Assembly: GCA_039589195.1 (NCBI GenBank)
Contig: JBDHHV010000012.1
Coordinates: forward strand, 1 to 44,889
Source: Gemmatimonadota bacterium
Lineage (GTDB): Bacteria; Gemmatimonadota; Gemmatimonadetes; Palauibacterales; Palauibacteraceae
Reading direction: 5' to 3'
DNA: 44,889 bases
The position numbers and the translations under genes were made by a program. The notes below the pieces were generated by a model. That model was not told the DNA's origin. It saw only the letters and a list, made by a program, of their open reading frames with translations, and ran no database searches. Below, piece by piece: positions 8,951 through 18,002 of the stretch. The stretch's first letter is position 1; each line of letters opens with the position of its first letter.

Positions 8951-9517
8951 ATGCGAAGGGGAATCCTCATAGGGATGGGACTGACCATGGTCGTCCCGGC
9001 GGTCTTGAGCGCCCAACGCGGGCCGGTGGGCCCACGTCGGCAAGCGGTCGGACCGCGCATGGCACTCGGCAACCGCGGCGCCCCCGCCCAGATGGGTCGG
9101 CAGGGGATGGCGTTCAACCCGCGGCTACTCGTCCAACGCCGGGAGGCACTGAACCTGTCGGATGAGCAGGTGACCCAGCTCGAAGCGCTCGCCGCGGAGA
9201 CACGCAGCGCCCGTGAGGCTCTCCCGGCGACCATCCGGGAACACGCGGACGCTCTGCGGGAGGCCTGGAGCGCCGAGACGGTGGACGTTCAGGCCGTCGA
9301 GCGTCACACCCGTGCGATCATGGACGCGCAGCAGCAGGCAGGCCTGGCCGCGGTGACCGCGTCGGCTCGTGCACGGGGGCTGCTCACGGCCGAACAGCGA
9401 GGGCGTATGGAGGGGTGGGTCGACGGGCGATTCGGACGGTCCGGTCGTGCTGGTGCGAGATCGGGTACGCGGCGACGGATGCCCGCGGGTGCGCGTCGTT
9501 TCCGGCGGCCGGAATGA
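8951..9517 (+). CDS. Periplasmic LTXXQ-motif protein (Spy/CpxP/ZraP family envelope-stress chaperone-like)
   Basis: Signal peptide MRRGILIGMGLTMVVPAVLSAQ. Two LTXXQ-type motifs (LSDEQVTQLEAL and LTAEQRGRMEGW) in an all-helical 188-aa protein with an Arg-rich tail. RBS AGGAG upstream. Confidence 0.6.
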   Translation: MRRGILIGMGLTMVVPAVLSAQRGPVGPRRQAVGPRMALGNRGAPAQMGRQGMAFNPRLLVQRREALNLSDEQVTQLEALAAETRSAREALPATIREHADALREAWSAETVDVQAVERHTRAIMDAQQQAGLAAVTASARARGLLTAEQRGRMEGWVDGRFGRSGRAGARSGTRRRMPAGARRFRRPE

Positions 9518-9751
9518 GCCCGACCTCCGCATAGCCGCTATCTCGGCTCCAACAGGATTTGCGCTCTGTAGCCGGTCGGGTCCCGCGCGCAGCGGGGCCC
9601 GTCCGACCCTCTAGTCGTCCGCCCCTCCGCCTTGCCGGTCTTCCGGTCGTCCAGCGACGACCTGTATGTTGGCCAACTCCCGGGCCGGGAGAAGTGTCTT
9701 TCAGGGTGAGCGACAGCGTTGGCCGGGGCGTGATGCCGGCCGATTCCAAGC

Positions 9752-11116
9752 GTGCTATACAATCCGACATCAGGGAATAGCGTGAACGGACTTGTGAGCG
9801 GATTCAGTGAGCTGCGGAAGCGCCACCTGTTTCAGATCATCGTCGTGTATCTGGGCGTGGCGTGGTTCTTCGTGGAGATCGTCGGGTTTCTGGTCGACAA
9901 CTACGAGCTGTCGCGCAAGGTCCTGGATACCGCCGTCATGCTGGCCGTGCTGGGATTCCCAGCCATGCTGGTGATCGGTTGGAATCACGGCGCGAAGGGC
10001 CGCCAGAACGTGGCGCGTGCGGAAGTGTGGCTGCTCCTCACCCTGGGCGTGATGGCGGCGATCGGGACGTACCGGATCACGACCGCCGAGGAGCCCCCGC
10101 GCGCGACCCCGAGCGAGTCGGCCGCGGCTCCCGGTGGCGCCGTCGGGGAGGCCTCTCTGCCCAGCGCGGCTTCCGGGGAGACCATCGATCTGGGTGCCGC
10201 GTCGGTAGCCGTGTTCCCGTTCGAGAACAACGTGTCCGATCCCGAGCTGGAATGGCTCGGCTCGGGGCTCGCGGACATGCTGACCACGAACTTCGCACAG
10301 TTGCCGGAGCTCCGAGTCGTCGGTCGCCAACGCCTGTTCGATTTGCTGCGCGAGGCGGGTCGCGATGAGACCGATGAGATCCCCGCGAGCCTGGCGTCCA
10401 CCATCGCGGAACGATCGGGTGCACACTCGATGGTACGCGGGAGCGTGGTCGGCTCGGAGGCTGAGCTGGCGATCGACGCACAGCTCATCGACCTGGAGAC
10501 GGGTACGGTCGTGGCTGCGGAGCGGGTGCGGGGCGAGGACGTGTTCGATCTCGTGGACACCCTGTCGGCCCGGCTGGCGCGGCGCCTCTCGGGTGCTCCC
10601 CCGGCGCAGAGGCCGCCCGCACCGTTGGCGAGGGTCGCGACACGCGACCCCGAAGCGGCCAGAGCCCTGTACGAGGGGCTGCGGCTCGAGCGCCAGGGGC
10701 AGCATGAGGAGGCGCGCGTGAAGCTCGCGCGCTCGGTGGAGCTGGACTCGACCAACATGCTGGCACTCATGGCGCTCAGCACCGATGAGGACCATGTCTC
10801 GGTCGATGATGCACTGCGCTATCGGACGATGGCGCTGCGCGAGGTCCAGCGCATGCTCCCGGGACTCCGAAACGTGTTCCAGGAGCGGAACATGGACGAG
10901 CAGGGGTTGGAGAAGCTCGAGGAGATGCTGGCGGAAGCTCAGGTTCAGATAGAGGGAGTCGGTCAGGCGGACGTCAATTTGGATTCCATCTTCGAGACCC
11001 TCTTCTCGTCGGTGAAGGTCGTGGTGCCTCGCTTCAGTCGGCCACCGCCGATACCGCCGGAGGAAGGCCGCGAGCAGATCCGCCCCGATCGGCCCCAGCG
11101 CGACCCACCGAACTGA
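9752..11116 (+). CDS. Membrane-anchored protein with a TolB-N/CsgG/LpoB-like alpha/beta domain and C-terminal TPR-like helices
   Basis: N-terminus ELRKRHLFQIIVVYLGVAWFFVEIVGFLV plus two further TM helices. Then VAVFPFENNVSDPELEWLGSGLADMLTTNFAQLPELRVVGRQRL (a TolB-N-like motif) and the TPR-like DPEAARALYEGLRLERQGQHEEARVKLARSVELD. Start is uncertain: GTG at 9752, 9782 or 9794. Confidence 0.55.
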   Translation: MLYNPTSGNSVNGLVSGFSELRKRHLFQIIVVYLGVAWFFVEIVGFLVDNYELSRKVLDTAVMLAVLGFPAMLVIGWNHGAKGRQNVARAEVWLLLTLGVMAAIGTYRITTAEEPPRATPSESAAAPGGAVGEASLPSAASGETIDLGAASVAVFPFENNVSDPELEWLGSGLADMLTTNFAQLPELRVVGRQRLFDLLREAGRDETDEIPASLASTIAERSGAHSMVRGSVVGSEAELAIDAQLIDLETGTVVAAERVRGEDVFDLVDTLSARLARRLSGAPPAQRPPAPLARVATRDPEAARALYEGLRLERQGQHEEARVKLARSVELDSTNMLALMALSTDEDHVSVDDALRYRTMALREVQRMLPGLRNVFQERNMDEQGLEKLEEMLAEAQVQIEGVGQADVNLDSIFETLFSSVKVVVPRFSRPPPIPPEEGREQIRPDRPQRDPPN

Positions 11117-11375
11117 GCCCGGCCGGGACTCCCGGCAGGAGCACCCGGCCCGACTGCGCCCTTGTCTCGGGCGGGCGCCGCCATTCATGTTGCCGTCCAT
11201 ACGGTCCTCATGGACTTCGATACGGGTGTAAGCGGCGGCTTGTGCGTGCCACGGTGCCGCCCTGTAAATAGACACATCTGCGACCGTTGACCCGCCGGGT
11301 CCCGATAGGTGGAAGGGGTCACGAGCGTTGACCCTCACCCGGCGCGGAGCCCGCGCCCGCCATGAGGAGACCGTG

Positions 11376-12500
11376 ATGGAACGAAGAGCCTTCCTACGGA
11401 CCGGCCTGGCCGCCGGTGTCGCGAGCGTCACCCCCGTCCCGCTCCACGGCATGTCATGGCTATTCGACCCCCGGCACGCTCAAGACGGTGTCATGCGGCT
11501 GAGCTCCAACGAAAACCCCCTGGGGCTCGCACCCGTCGCCCGCGAGGCGGTGCTCGGGGGTCGCGAGGACGCGAACCGGTACCCGGGGGCATCGCGCCGG
11601 GCGCTCATCGAGGTCCTCGCTCCGTATCTGGATGTGCCGCCGGAGCGGCTCTTCTTCGGGGCGGGGTCCACCGAAATCCTGCGCGTCGCGGTTCAGGCGT
11701 GGAGCACGCCCAACGCGCACCTCGTGCTCGCGTCCCCCACGTTCGAAGATGTCCCCGGCTACGCGCGACCGTTCCCCTACCAGGTCGACGCCGTTCCGCT
11801 CACGGCGGACCACGCGCACGACATCGGACGGATGCGGGAGATCGTCGATGGCTCCTCGAACCCGGCGATCGTCTACATCTGCAACCCGAACAACCCCACG
11901 GGCACCCTGACCTCGTCCGCCGAAGTGGACGAGTGGATCGGTGAGGGTTCCGATCAGACGTTGTTCCTCGTCGACGAGGCCTATCTGGAGTATGCGAACG
12001 ACCCGAAGTACTGGTCCGCCGAGCGCTGGACCGCCGAGCGGACGAACGTGATCATCGTACGGACGTTCTCGAAGATCTACGCGATGGCGGGGATGCGGCT
12101 CGGGTACGGGATCGCGCACCCCAAGACGGTCCGCCGGATGCGGCCCTTCCTGACGAGAAACAACCCGAATCACATGGCTGCCGTCGCCGCCGCTGCCTCG
12201 CTCGGGGACTCCGAGCTCGTAGGGCGGAGCGTGGGCATGAACAGCCGCGCGAAAGCGATCACGCACGAGTGTCTGGACGATTTGGGGCTCGAGTACCTGC
12301 CCACGCACACGAACTTCCTCATGCACCGAATCCAGGGTGAGCTCAGGACCTACATCGAGCGGATGTCGGAGGCCGGGATCCGCGTGGGACGGCCGTTCCC
12401 GCCGATGCTCGAGTACAATCGCCTCTCGTTCGGTCTGCCCGAGGAGATGGAGCGCTTCGCCGAGACGCTGCGCGGCTTCCGCGGTCGCGGCTGGGTATGA
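11376..12500 (+). CDS. Class-II PLP-dependent aminotransferase of the histidinol-phosphate aminotransferase (HisC) family with a twin-arginine (Tat) signal peptide
   Basis: ATG 11376 after GAGGAG. MERRAFLRTGLAAGVASV matches the Tat consensus RRxFLK. RLSSNENPLG, ICNPNNPTG and FSKIYAMAGMRLGY (Lys for PLP) are HisC-family hallmarks. Confidence 0.85.
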   Translation: MERRAFLRTGLAAGVASVTPVPLHGMSWLFDPRHAQDGVMRLSSNENPLGLAPVAREAVLGGREDANRYPGASRRALIEVLAPYLDVPPERLFFGAGSTEILRVAVQAWSTPNAHLVLASPTFEDVPGYARPFPYQVDAVPLTADHAHDIGRMREIVDGSSNPAIVYICNPNNPTGTLTSSAEVDEWIGEGSDQTLFLVDEAYLEYANDPKYWSAERWTAERTNVIIVRTFSKIYAMAGMRLGYGIAHPKTVRRMRPFLTRNNPNHMAAVAAAASLGDSELVGRSVGMNSRAKAITHECLDDLGLEYLPTHTNFLMHRIQGELRTYIERMSEAGIRVGRPFPPMLEYNRLSFGLPEEMERFAETLRGFRGRGWV

Positions 12501-14371
12501 TCCCACGCTTCACCGGCGGGCGGGTACTCGCCGCCGCTGGTAGGCGGGCGCTCACCCCCGCAGGCGGGCAGGCACCCATCGCCACCCGCCGGTGGGTACT
12601 CGCCGCCGTCTCGCTGTCGTGCATCGGGCTGTCCGCGTGTGACGGCGGGCCCGGTGCGGGCTCCGAGAGTGCGCCGGTCGATCTGCTCCTCACCAATGGC
12701 CGCGTCTATACCCTGACCTGGCCCGCACCGGCGACGGATGGAACCCCGTCGTCTGAGGCACCCTACGGGGCCGACGGCTGGCGCCCCGATGCGGAGGCCG
12801 TCGCGATCCGGGATGGCGCGCTGGTGTTCGTCGGCTCGGACGCGGAAGCCGAAGCCTATCGCGCAAATGCGGCGAGGGTGGTCGATGTGGGCGGAGCCAC
12901 GGTTCTCCCAGGGCTGGTGGACGCGCACGTTCACATCGCTTCACTGGGCGCTCGTCTCGAGCAGGTGGATCTGGTTGGCTCAGAGACGGAGGAAGAGGCG
13001 ATTGCTCGCGTGGTGGAGCGCATCGCGCGGTACGCGCCGGGTGAGTGGATCCTGGGGTGGGGGTGGGACGAAGGTGCCTGGGCGGACCGATACCCCACCC
13101 ACGAGCGCCTGACGGCCGCGATCCCCGATCACCCCGCCCTGCTGCGTGGTTTGCACGGGTTCGCGCTATGGGCGAACCGCCCGGCCCTCGAGCGCGCGGG
13201 GATCGACGCGGGTACGCCTGCCCCGGCCGGGGGAGAGATTCGGCGGGATCCCGAGGGGCGGCCTACGGGCCTGTTCCTGAACCGGGCCACGACGCTGTTC
13301 GACGCGGTTCTGCCGGAGGCGACGCCGGAACGGCTCGAAAGGCAGGTCGTGTCGGGGCTCCGCGCGATGGCCGAGGACGGCTTCGTGATGGTGCACGAGG
13401 CGGGTGCCGATGCCGCCCTCATGACGGCGCTGGAGACCCTCGAGCGCGATGGCGGACTGCCGGTCCGCGTGTACGCCATGCTGTCCGGGCGTGACACGGC
13501 GCTTCTGGAGGCCTGGCGTGAGCGAGGACCCGATGCGCCCGGTGGGGAAGGGCCCGCCGAGCGTCTGATCACGCGGTCGGTGAAGGGGCACTACGACGGT
13601 GCGCTCGGCTCGCGCGGGGCGCTGATGCTCGACGACTACAGCGATCTCCCCGGTCAGACGGGGATCGGCTCGCACGGCTACGGCTACGACCACGATCGGA
13701 TCGCGGAGCTCGCCCGGGTCGGGTTCCAACCCGCCATCCACGCCATCGGGGACGCCGGGAACCGCGAGACCCTCGACTTCATGGCGGCTCTGTTCGAGGA
13801 CACCGCGGCCCTCCACGCGCTGCGTCCCCGCATCGAGCACGCGCAGATCGTGCACCCCGACGACTTCCGGCGTTTCGCGGACCTGGGGGTGATCGCCTCG
13901 ATGCAGCCGCCACACATGGCGGAGGACAAGACCTGGGCGGAACAGCGACTGGGGCCGGAGCGGATCCGGGGCGCGTACGCGTGGCGGACGTTCCGGGAGA
14001 CCGGAGTGCCGCTCGCCTTCAGCTCCGACCTGCCCGGCTCGGACCACGACATCTTCTACGGTCTGCACGCGGCGGTCACGCGGCGCGACACGGCCCTGGA
14101 GCCGTCCGGCGGCTGGTATCCGGAGCAGCGGCTGACCCCGGAGGAGGCGGTGCGCGGGTACACGAGCGGGGCGGCCTACGCGGCGCACCTGGAGACCCGG
14201 ACGGGTGTCCTGGCGCCGGGCCGCTGGGCCGATATCACGGTGCTGAGCGTCGATCCTCTAGCGACACCGCCCGATTCGTACGAGAGGATCCTGAGGGGTA
14301 GCATCGTGCTCACGATCGTCGGGGGTGAGATCGTTTACGAGCGGTTGTCGGGGGCGCACCTCGCGGAGTAG
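12497..14371 (+). CDS. Metal-dependent amidohydrolase, family 3 (YtcJ-like), exported lipoprotein
   Basis: ATGA overlap with the upstream stop. N-terminus contains TRRWVLAAVSLSCIGLSAC (RR plus lipobox). LPGLVDAHVHIASLG is the HxH metal site; IHAIGD and the C-terminal HxD..D segments are typical Amidohydro_3. Confidence 0.85.
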   Translation: MIPRFTGGRVLAAAGRRALTPAGGQAPIATRRWVLAAVSLSCIGLSACDGGPGAGSESAPVDLLLTNGRVYTLTWPAPATDGTPSSEAPYGADGWRPDAEAVAIRDGALVFVGSDAEAEAYRANAARVVDVGGATVLPGLVDAHVHIASLGARLEQVDLVGSETEEEAIARVVERIARYAPGEWILGWGWDEGAWADRYPTHERLTAAIPDHPALLRGLHGFALWANRPALERAGIDAGTPAPAGGEIRRDPEGRPTGLFLNRATTLFDAVLPEATPERLERQVVSGLRAMAEDGFVMVHEAGADAALMTALETLERDGGLPVRVYAMLSGRDTALLEAWRERGPDAPGGEGPAERLITRSVKGHYDGALGSRGALMLDDYSDLPGQTGIGSHGYGYDHDRIAELARVGFQPAIHAIGDAGNRETLDFMAALFEDTAALHALRPRIEHAQIVHPDDFRRFADLGVIASMQPPHMAEDKTWAEQRLGPERIRGAYAWRTFRETGVPLAFSSDLPGSDHDIFYGLHAAVTRRDTALEPSGGWYPEQRLTPEEAVRGYTSGAAYAAHLETRTGVLAPGRWADITVLSVDPLATPPDSYERILRGSIVLTIVGGEIVYERLSGAHLAE

Positions 14372-14384
14372 GACCCCCGCCGCT

Positions 14385-15176
14385 CTATCGCGAGCTCTTC
14401 CCGATGGTGCGCTCCAGGTATCCGCGTATGTGAGCGTGAATCTCCGGGTCCTTCCAAAGCGCCTCCACCTCCGCGTCGTATGCGTCATCCACCGCGGCCC
14501 CGGAGGCGGCGAGCCGCCGCCTGGTGAGCGCGAACGTCGCGGGAGGGATCCGGCTCATCTCTCGCCCGACTTCGACCGCCCGATCGATTACCGCATCATG
14601 GTCGACCACCTCGTGCACGAGTCCGTGCGCGAGTGCTTCGCGTGAGCCCGACAGGCTCCCACGCAACACGACATCCCCGAGGTAGGCCCGCGGCACCGCG
14701 GCCCGCACGATCTCGAGAGCGCTGCTCGGAAACGGAACGCCGACCCGGAGCTCGGGCACGCCGATCGTTCCATCGCCGGCCGCCATGATCCGGTAATCGC
14801 ACGCGCAGGCGATCACCGCTCCTCCGGCGATCGCGTGTCCGTTGATGGCCGCGATCAGAGGTTTCGGAAACGACCGCAGAGCGTCGATCAGATCCACGAG
14901 TGCACGGAGGAAGCCAGCCACGTACGCCTCGCCCCCCTCCAGCAGTCGGAAGAGATCCACGCCGGCCGAGAAGATGTTGCCGGTACCGGTGACGACGGTG
15001 GCGCCACTCGCATCCTCGGACCCGAGCCGGCTCAGCGACACGGCCAGGGCCTCGCAGAGCTCCACGTCCAGTGCGTTGGCCTTTCCGTGCTCCAGCCTGA
15101 GGACGGTGATGCCCTCGCGGTCCTCGAGTCGAATCACGATCCTCCTCCGGTGTAAGGTTTTGCCCGGCCGTGGCAT
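14385..15176 (-). CDS. Enoyl-CoA hydratase/isomerase (crotonase) family protein
   Basis: ORF 14385..15353; a likely start is Met-60 (MPRPGKTLHRRRIVIRLEDREGITVLRLEHGKANAL). Crotonase core: ATVVTGTGNIFSAGVDL and AAINGHAIAGGAVIACACDYRI. Confidence 0.85.
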   Translation of the reverse strand: MPRPGKTLHRRRIVIRLEDREGITVLRLEHGKANALDVELCEALAVSLSRLGSEDASGATVVTGTGNIFSAGVDLFRLLEGGEAYVAGFLRALVDLIDALRSFPKPLIAAINGHAIAGGAVIACACDYRIMAAGDGTIGVPELRVGVPFPSSALEIVRAAVPRAYLGDVVLRGSLSGSREALAHGLVHEVVDHDAVIDRAVEVGREMSRIPPATFALTRRRLAASGAAVDDAYDAEVEALWKDPEIHAHIRGYLERTIGKSSR

Positions 15177-15372
15177 CTTACCTGGGGAGGCGATGAGCCG
15201 CAGGCCGGTCGGGTGCCACGGGCCGCCAGCGGCCTTTGGCAACCTCTGGCTGCGCCCGTAGGTCCAACCGCGTGGATTCCCGGTTGCCAGACGCTTGAGA
15301 ACCCGCGTTACTACGGATAGCGAAGGCCGGCACGAGTCCGGCCCTCGGAACATCTCGTACGGAGGCTACCGA

Positions 15373-16584
15373 ATGAAACCCCGCCACTGGGTCACGCTGG
15401 TGGTCGTCTTTATCGCCGGGGCCCTCCTCACAGGGATCATGTTGCGTCTGCGTGCGGGCGACGAGGAGGAGAACCCGGCCGGCGCGGGTGACTCGGCCGC
15501 TGATTCGGTGCGGGCTGCCGTGCAATCGACCGCAGCCCAGACAGCCTTCGCGTCCGAGATCGCCGTCCCCGTTCAGGGCGCGGTCATCCGACGCGACACG
15601 TTCGTCGTATGGATAGACGCAGAAGGTCGAGCGGCCGCCCTCCGGAGCGCACCGCTCTACGCGGAGGTGGAAGGGCCGGTCCTCGAGGTGCCGGTACGCG
15701 AAGGCCAGAGGGTCGGGCCCGGCGAGCTGTTGGCACGCATCGATCCCGTCCCGTACGAGTTGAAAGTGCGCCGCGCGCAATCGGAGGTGGACAGGGCTCA
15801 GGCCGAGTTCGAGAACCTCACGCTGTTCGACGAGGAGATCGAAGACCCCGAGGTGCGGCAAGGGCGTGAGCGGCAGGCCCGCATCAGAAGCGGGTTGTCG
15901 ACCGCTGAAGCGGACCTCGAAGAGGCGGAGTACGAGCTCGCGAAGACGGAGATCCTGGCACCGTTTGCGGGTCGGCTGGCGAACCTCGCCATCGCGCAGG
16001 GGAGCCGGTTGCGGACGGGAGACTCGGTCGCGACGGTCATCGACCTTTCCCGTATCGACGTCGAAGCCGATGTGCTCGAGACGGAGCTGCCCTACATACA
16101 GCTGGGAAGGGAGGTTCGGGTCAGCTTCCCGGCCATCCCCGACGAGACCTTCACGGGGCGGGTGATCACGATCAACCCGCTCGTGGACACCGAGTCGAAC
16201 ACCGCCCGCGTCACGGTGCGACTCTCGAACCCCGGAGCCAGGATCGTGCCCGGCATGTTCGGCAAGCTCGAGATCGCCGGCCGGCTGCTGGCCGACCGGA
16301 TGTTCGTGCCGAGGGACGCGATCGTGGAGCGCAGCGGATCGGGCAGAAGACGCGAAGTGATCTTCGTGTTCGATCCCGGCGAGCCCGGATCCGACCGCGG
16401 AAGCGCGAAGTGGAAGTACGTCACCACCGGGGTCGAGAGCGGTGGGTTTATCGAGGTGGTACCCGAGACCGAGCAGGACCGATTCGAGCCGGGCCAGATC
16501 GTGCTGGTGGAGGGACACGCCACCCTGATCCACGACGCCCGCGTCCAGATCGAGAACCACGCCGAGCTGGAGACTGCCCGGTGA
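15373..16584 (+). CDS. RND efflux periplasmic adaptor subunit (membrane fusion protein, HlyD/AcrA family)
   Basis: ATG 15373 after GGAGG; N-terminal TM anchor MKPRHWVTLVVVFIAGALLTGI. Domains: coiled-coil alpha-hairpin, lipoyl-like domain (LAPFAGRL..GDSVATVIDLS) and beta-barrel (FTGRVITINPLVDTESNTARVTVRL). Confidence 0.85.
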   Translation: MKPRHWVTLVVVFIAGALLTGIMLRLRAGDEEENPAGAGDSAADSVRAAVQSTAAQTAFASEIAVPVQGAVIRRDTFVVWIDAEGRAAALRSAPLYAEVEGPVLEVPVREGQRVGPGELLARIDPVPYELKVRRAQSEVDRAQAEFENLTLFDEEIEDPEVRQGRERQARIRSGLSTAEADLEEAEYELAKTEILAPFAGRLANLAIAQGSRLRTGDSVATVIDLSRIDVEADVLETELPYIQLGREVRVSFPAIPDETFTGRVITINPLVDTESNTARVTVRLSNPGARIVPGMFGKLEIAGRLLADRMFVPRDAIVERSGSGRRREVIFVFDPGEPGSDRGSAKWKYVTTGVESGGFIEVVPETEQDRFEPGQIVLVEGHATLIHDARVQIENHAELETAR

Positions 16585-17936
16585 GATTCTCCAACCGCGC
16601 GGGCGGTGCCCTCGCCGGTGCCGTTCTCCTGCTGGCCAGCTCCGTTCCATCAGGGGCCGGGCAGGTGCCCGACACGCTGAGTATCGAGGACGCAATCCGA
16701 ACGGCGCTGGGCCGACACCCGGATATCGCCAGCGCACGCGCGTCGCTGGATGCCGCAGCGGCCGAGCAGCGGGCCGGGTGGGGCGCGTTCCTCCCGAACG
16801 CCAGCGCGAGCCTATCGTTGAGCCGATCCGAGTTCACGACCGTGACGTTCGCTAGCCCGCAAGGACCCTCACAGCGTCTGGACGAACCACTCACGGATGT
16901 GAGTAAGGGTGCCTCGCAGAATCTCAGCTTCAGCTGGGATTTGCTTCGGGGCGGCCAGCGGTTCACGGACCTACGACGGACGCGCGCCGCAACCCGTTCG
17001 GCAAACAGCCAGCTCTCCCAGCGCGAGCGCGACGTAGCCGCCAACGTTCGGGTCGCGTACTACGAGACGTTAAAGCAGGGCGGCCTGGTCGCTGTCGCCC
17101 GGCTACAGCTCGAAGGACGGCGCCGGGACCTGGAGGTGGCCCGCCGCCGGTACGAGATCGCGGCGGTCAATCGCACCGACGTGTTGGGAGCCGAGATCGA
17201 GGTGGGCCGGGCGGAGCTCTTGCTGGTCGAGGCTCAGGATGCCGAGGCAGCGGCGCAGCGCGAACTGCGGTTCAGCATTGGACTCACCGCAGATGGACCC
17301 CGCTTCACGCTGGAAGACGTTTGGGAGCCACCTGACGCCACCTCGCTGGACGAAGCGGGCCTCGCCGGGCTGGCGCTCGCGACCAAACCACGTATTCGGG
17401 CGTTGGAGGCGGATGTCGCGGCGGCCTCAGCGGGGCTTTGGGGCGCGCGAAGCCGCTACCTGCCCACCATCAGCTTGAGCTACGGCCTGAGCCGATCCGA
17501 GCAGGGTGGCGCCGACGCTCCGTTCTTCAAGTTCGACCCGGCGAACACCGGTCAAGGGTTCTCGGTCAGCGCCTCGTGGAACCTGTTCGACGGGTTCAGC
17601 CGTGAGCAGCAGACAGCGCAGGCTCGTTCGAGCCTGCGTGCCGCCGAGTCGAATCTTGCGCTGGAGCGGATCACGGTCGATCGGGACGTGCGTAACGCGG
17701 TCCGGGAGATCCAGACCCGCGCCCGCCGCCTCGAGCTCCAGGAGCGAAACCGTGATCTCGCCCGCCAGCGGCTCGACATGATTCGCGAGCGGTATCGCCT
17801 GGGGACTGTCGAGTACACGGAGCTCCTGCAGGCCACCGAGCAGCTCACAGGCGCAGAGCGCGACGTCATCGACGAACGCTACGAGTATGTGAAGGCCTGG
17901 GCGCGGCTCGAGGCGCAAGTTGGGGGGCTCCTCTGA
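16581..17936 (+). CDS. Outer membrane efflux protein (TolC/OMF family)
   Basis: GTG 16581 overlaps the MFP stop (GTGA). Signal VRFSNRAGGALAGAVLLLASSVPSGAGQ. LSIEDAIRTALGRHPDIASARASLDAAAAEQRAGWGAFLPN is a typical OMF N-terminus; there are two OEP repeats. Confidence 0.85.
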   Translation: MRFSNRAGGALAGAVLLLASSVPSGAGQVPDTLSIEDAIRTALGRHPDIASARASLDAAAAEQRAGWGAFLPNASASLSLSRSEFTTVTFASPQGPSQRLDEPLTDVSKGASQNLSFSWDLLRGGQRFTDLRRTRAATRSANSQLSQRERDVAANVRVAYYETLKQGGLVAVARLQLEGRRRDLEVARRRYEIAAVNRTDVLGAEIEVGRAELLLVEAQDAEAAAQRELRFSIGLTADGPRFTLEDVWEPPDATSLDEAGLAGLALATKPRIRALEADVAAASAGLWGARSRYLPTISLSYGLSRSEQGGADAPFFKFDPANTGQGFSVSASWNLFDGFSREQQTAQARSSLRAAESNLALERITVDRDVRNAVREIQTRARRLELQERNRDLARQRLDMIRERYRLGTVEYTELLQATEQLTGAERDVIDERYEYVKAWARLEAQVGGLL

Positions 17937-18002
17937 GCGTGCGGCGTCACCGGGGGCGGCGGGCTGCGCGCGGCTCGACGGGTTGCGGGACGAGCTGAGC
18001 GA

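Noticed and set aside
9770-11452. 560-aa ORF on the minus strand, plus similar long antisense ORFs (for example 1315..2061, 4179..5219, 5446..7887, 13166..14188, 15178..16737, 18357..19274, 25587..26915, 31845..33278, 34731..35867, 37899..39107, 41772..42833, 43744..44448)
   Set aside because: Each lies antisense to, or out of frame with, a gene whose product shows clear family motifs on the other strand. Their translations are Arg/Pro/Gly-rich low-complexity strings with no recognisable motifs, the classic stop-codon-poor shadow ORFs of roughly 70% GC DNA.
12497-14371. Alternative interpretation of the amidohydrolase as cytoplasmic, with a start downstream of the RR motif
   Set aside because: No in-frame ATG or GTG exists between the ATGA-coupled start and the lipobox Cys, so the long leader has to be accepted for now. 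Flagged as uncertain in the findings.
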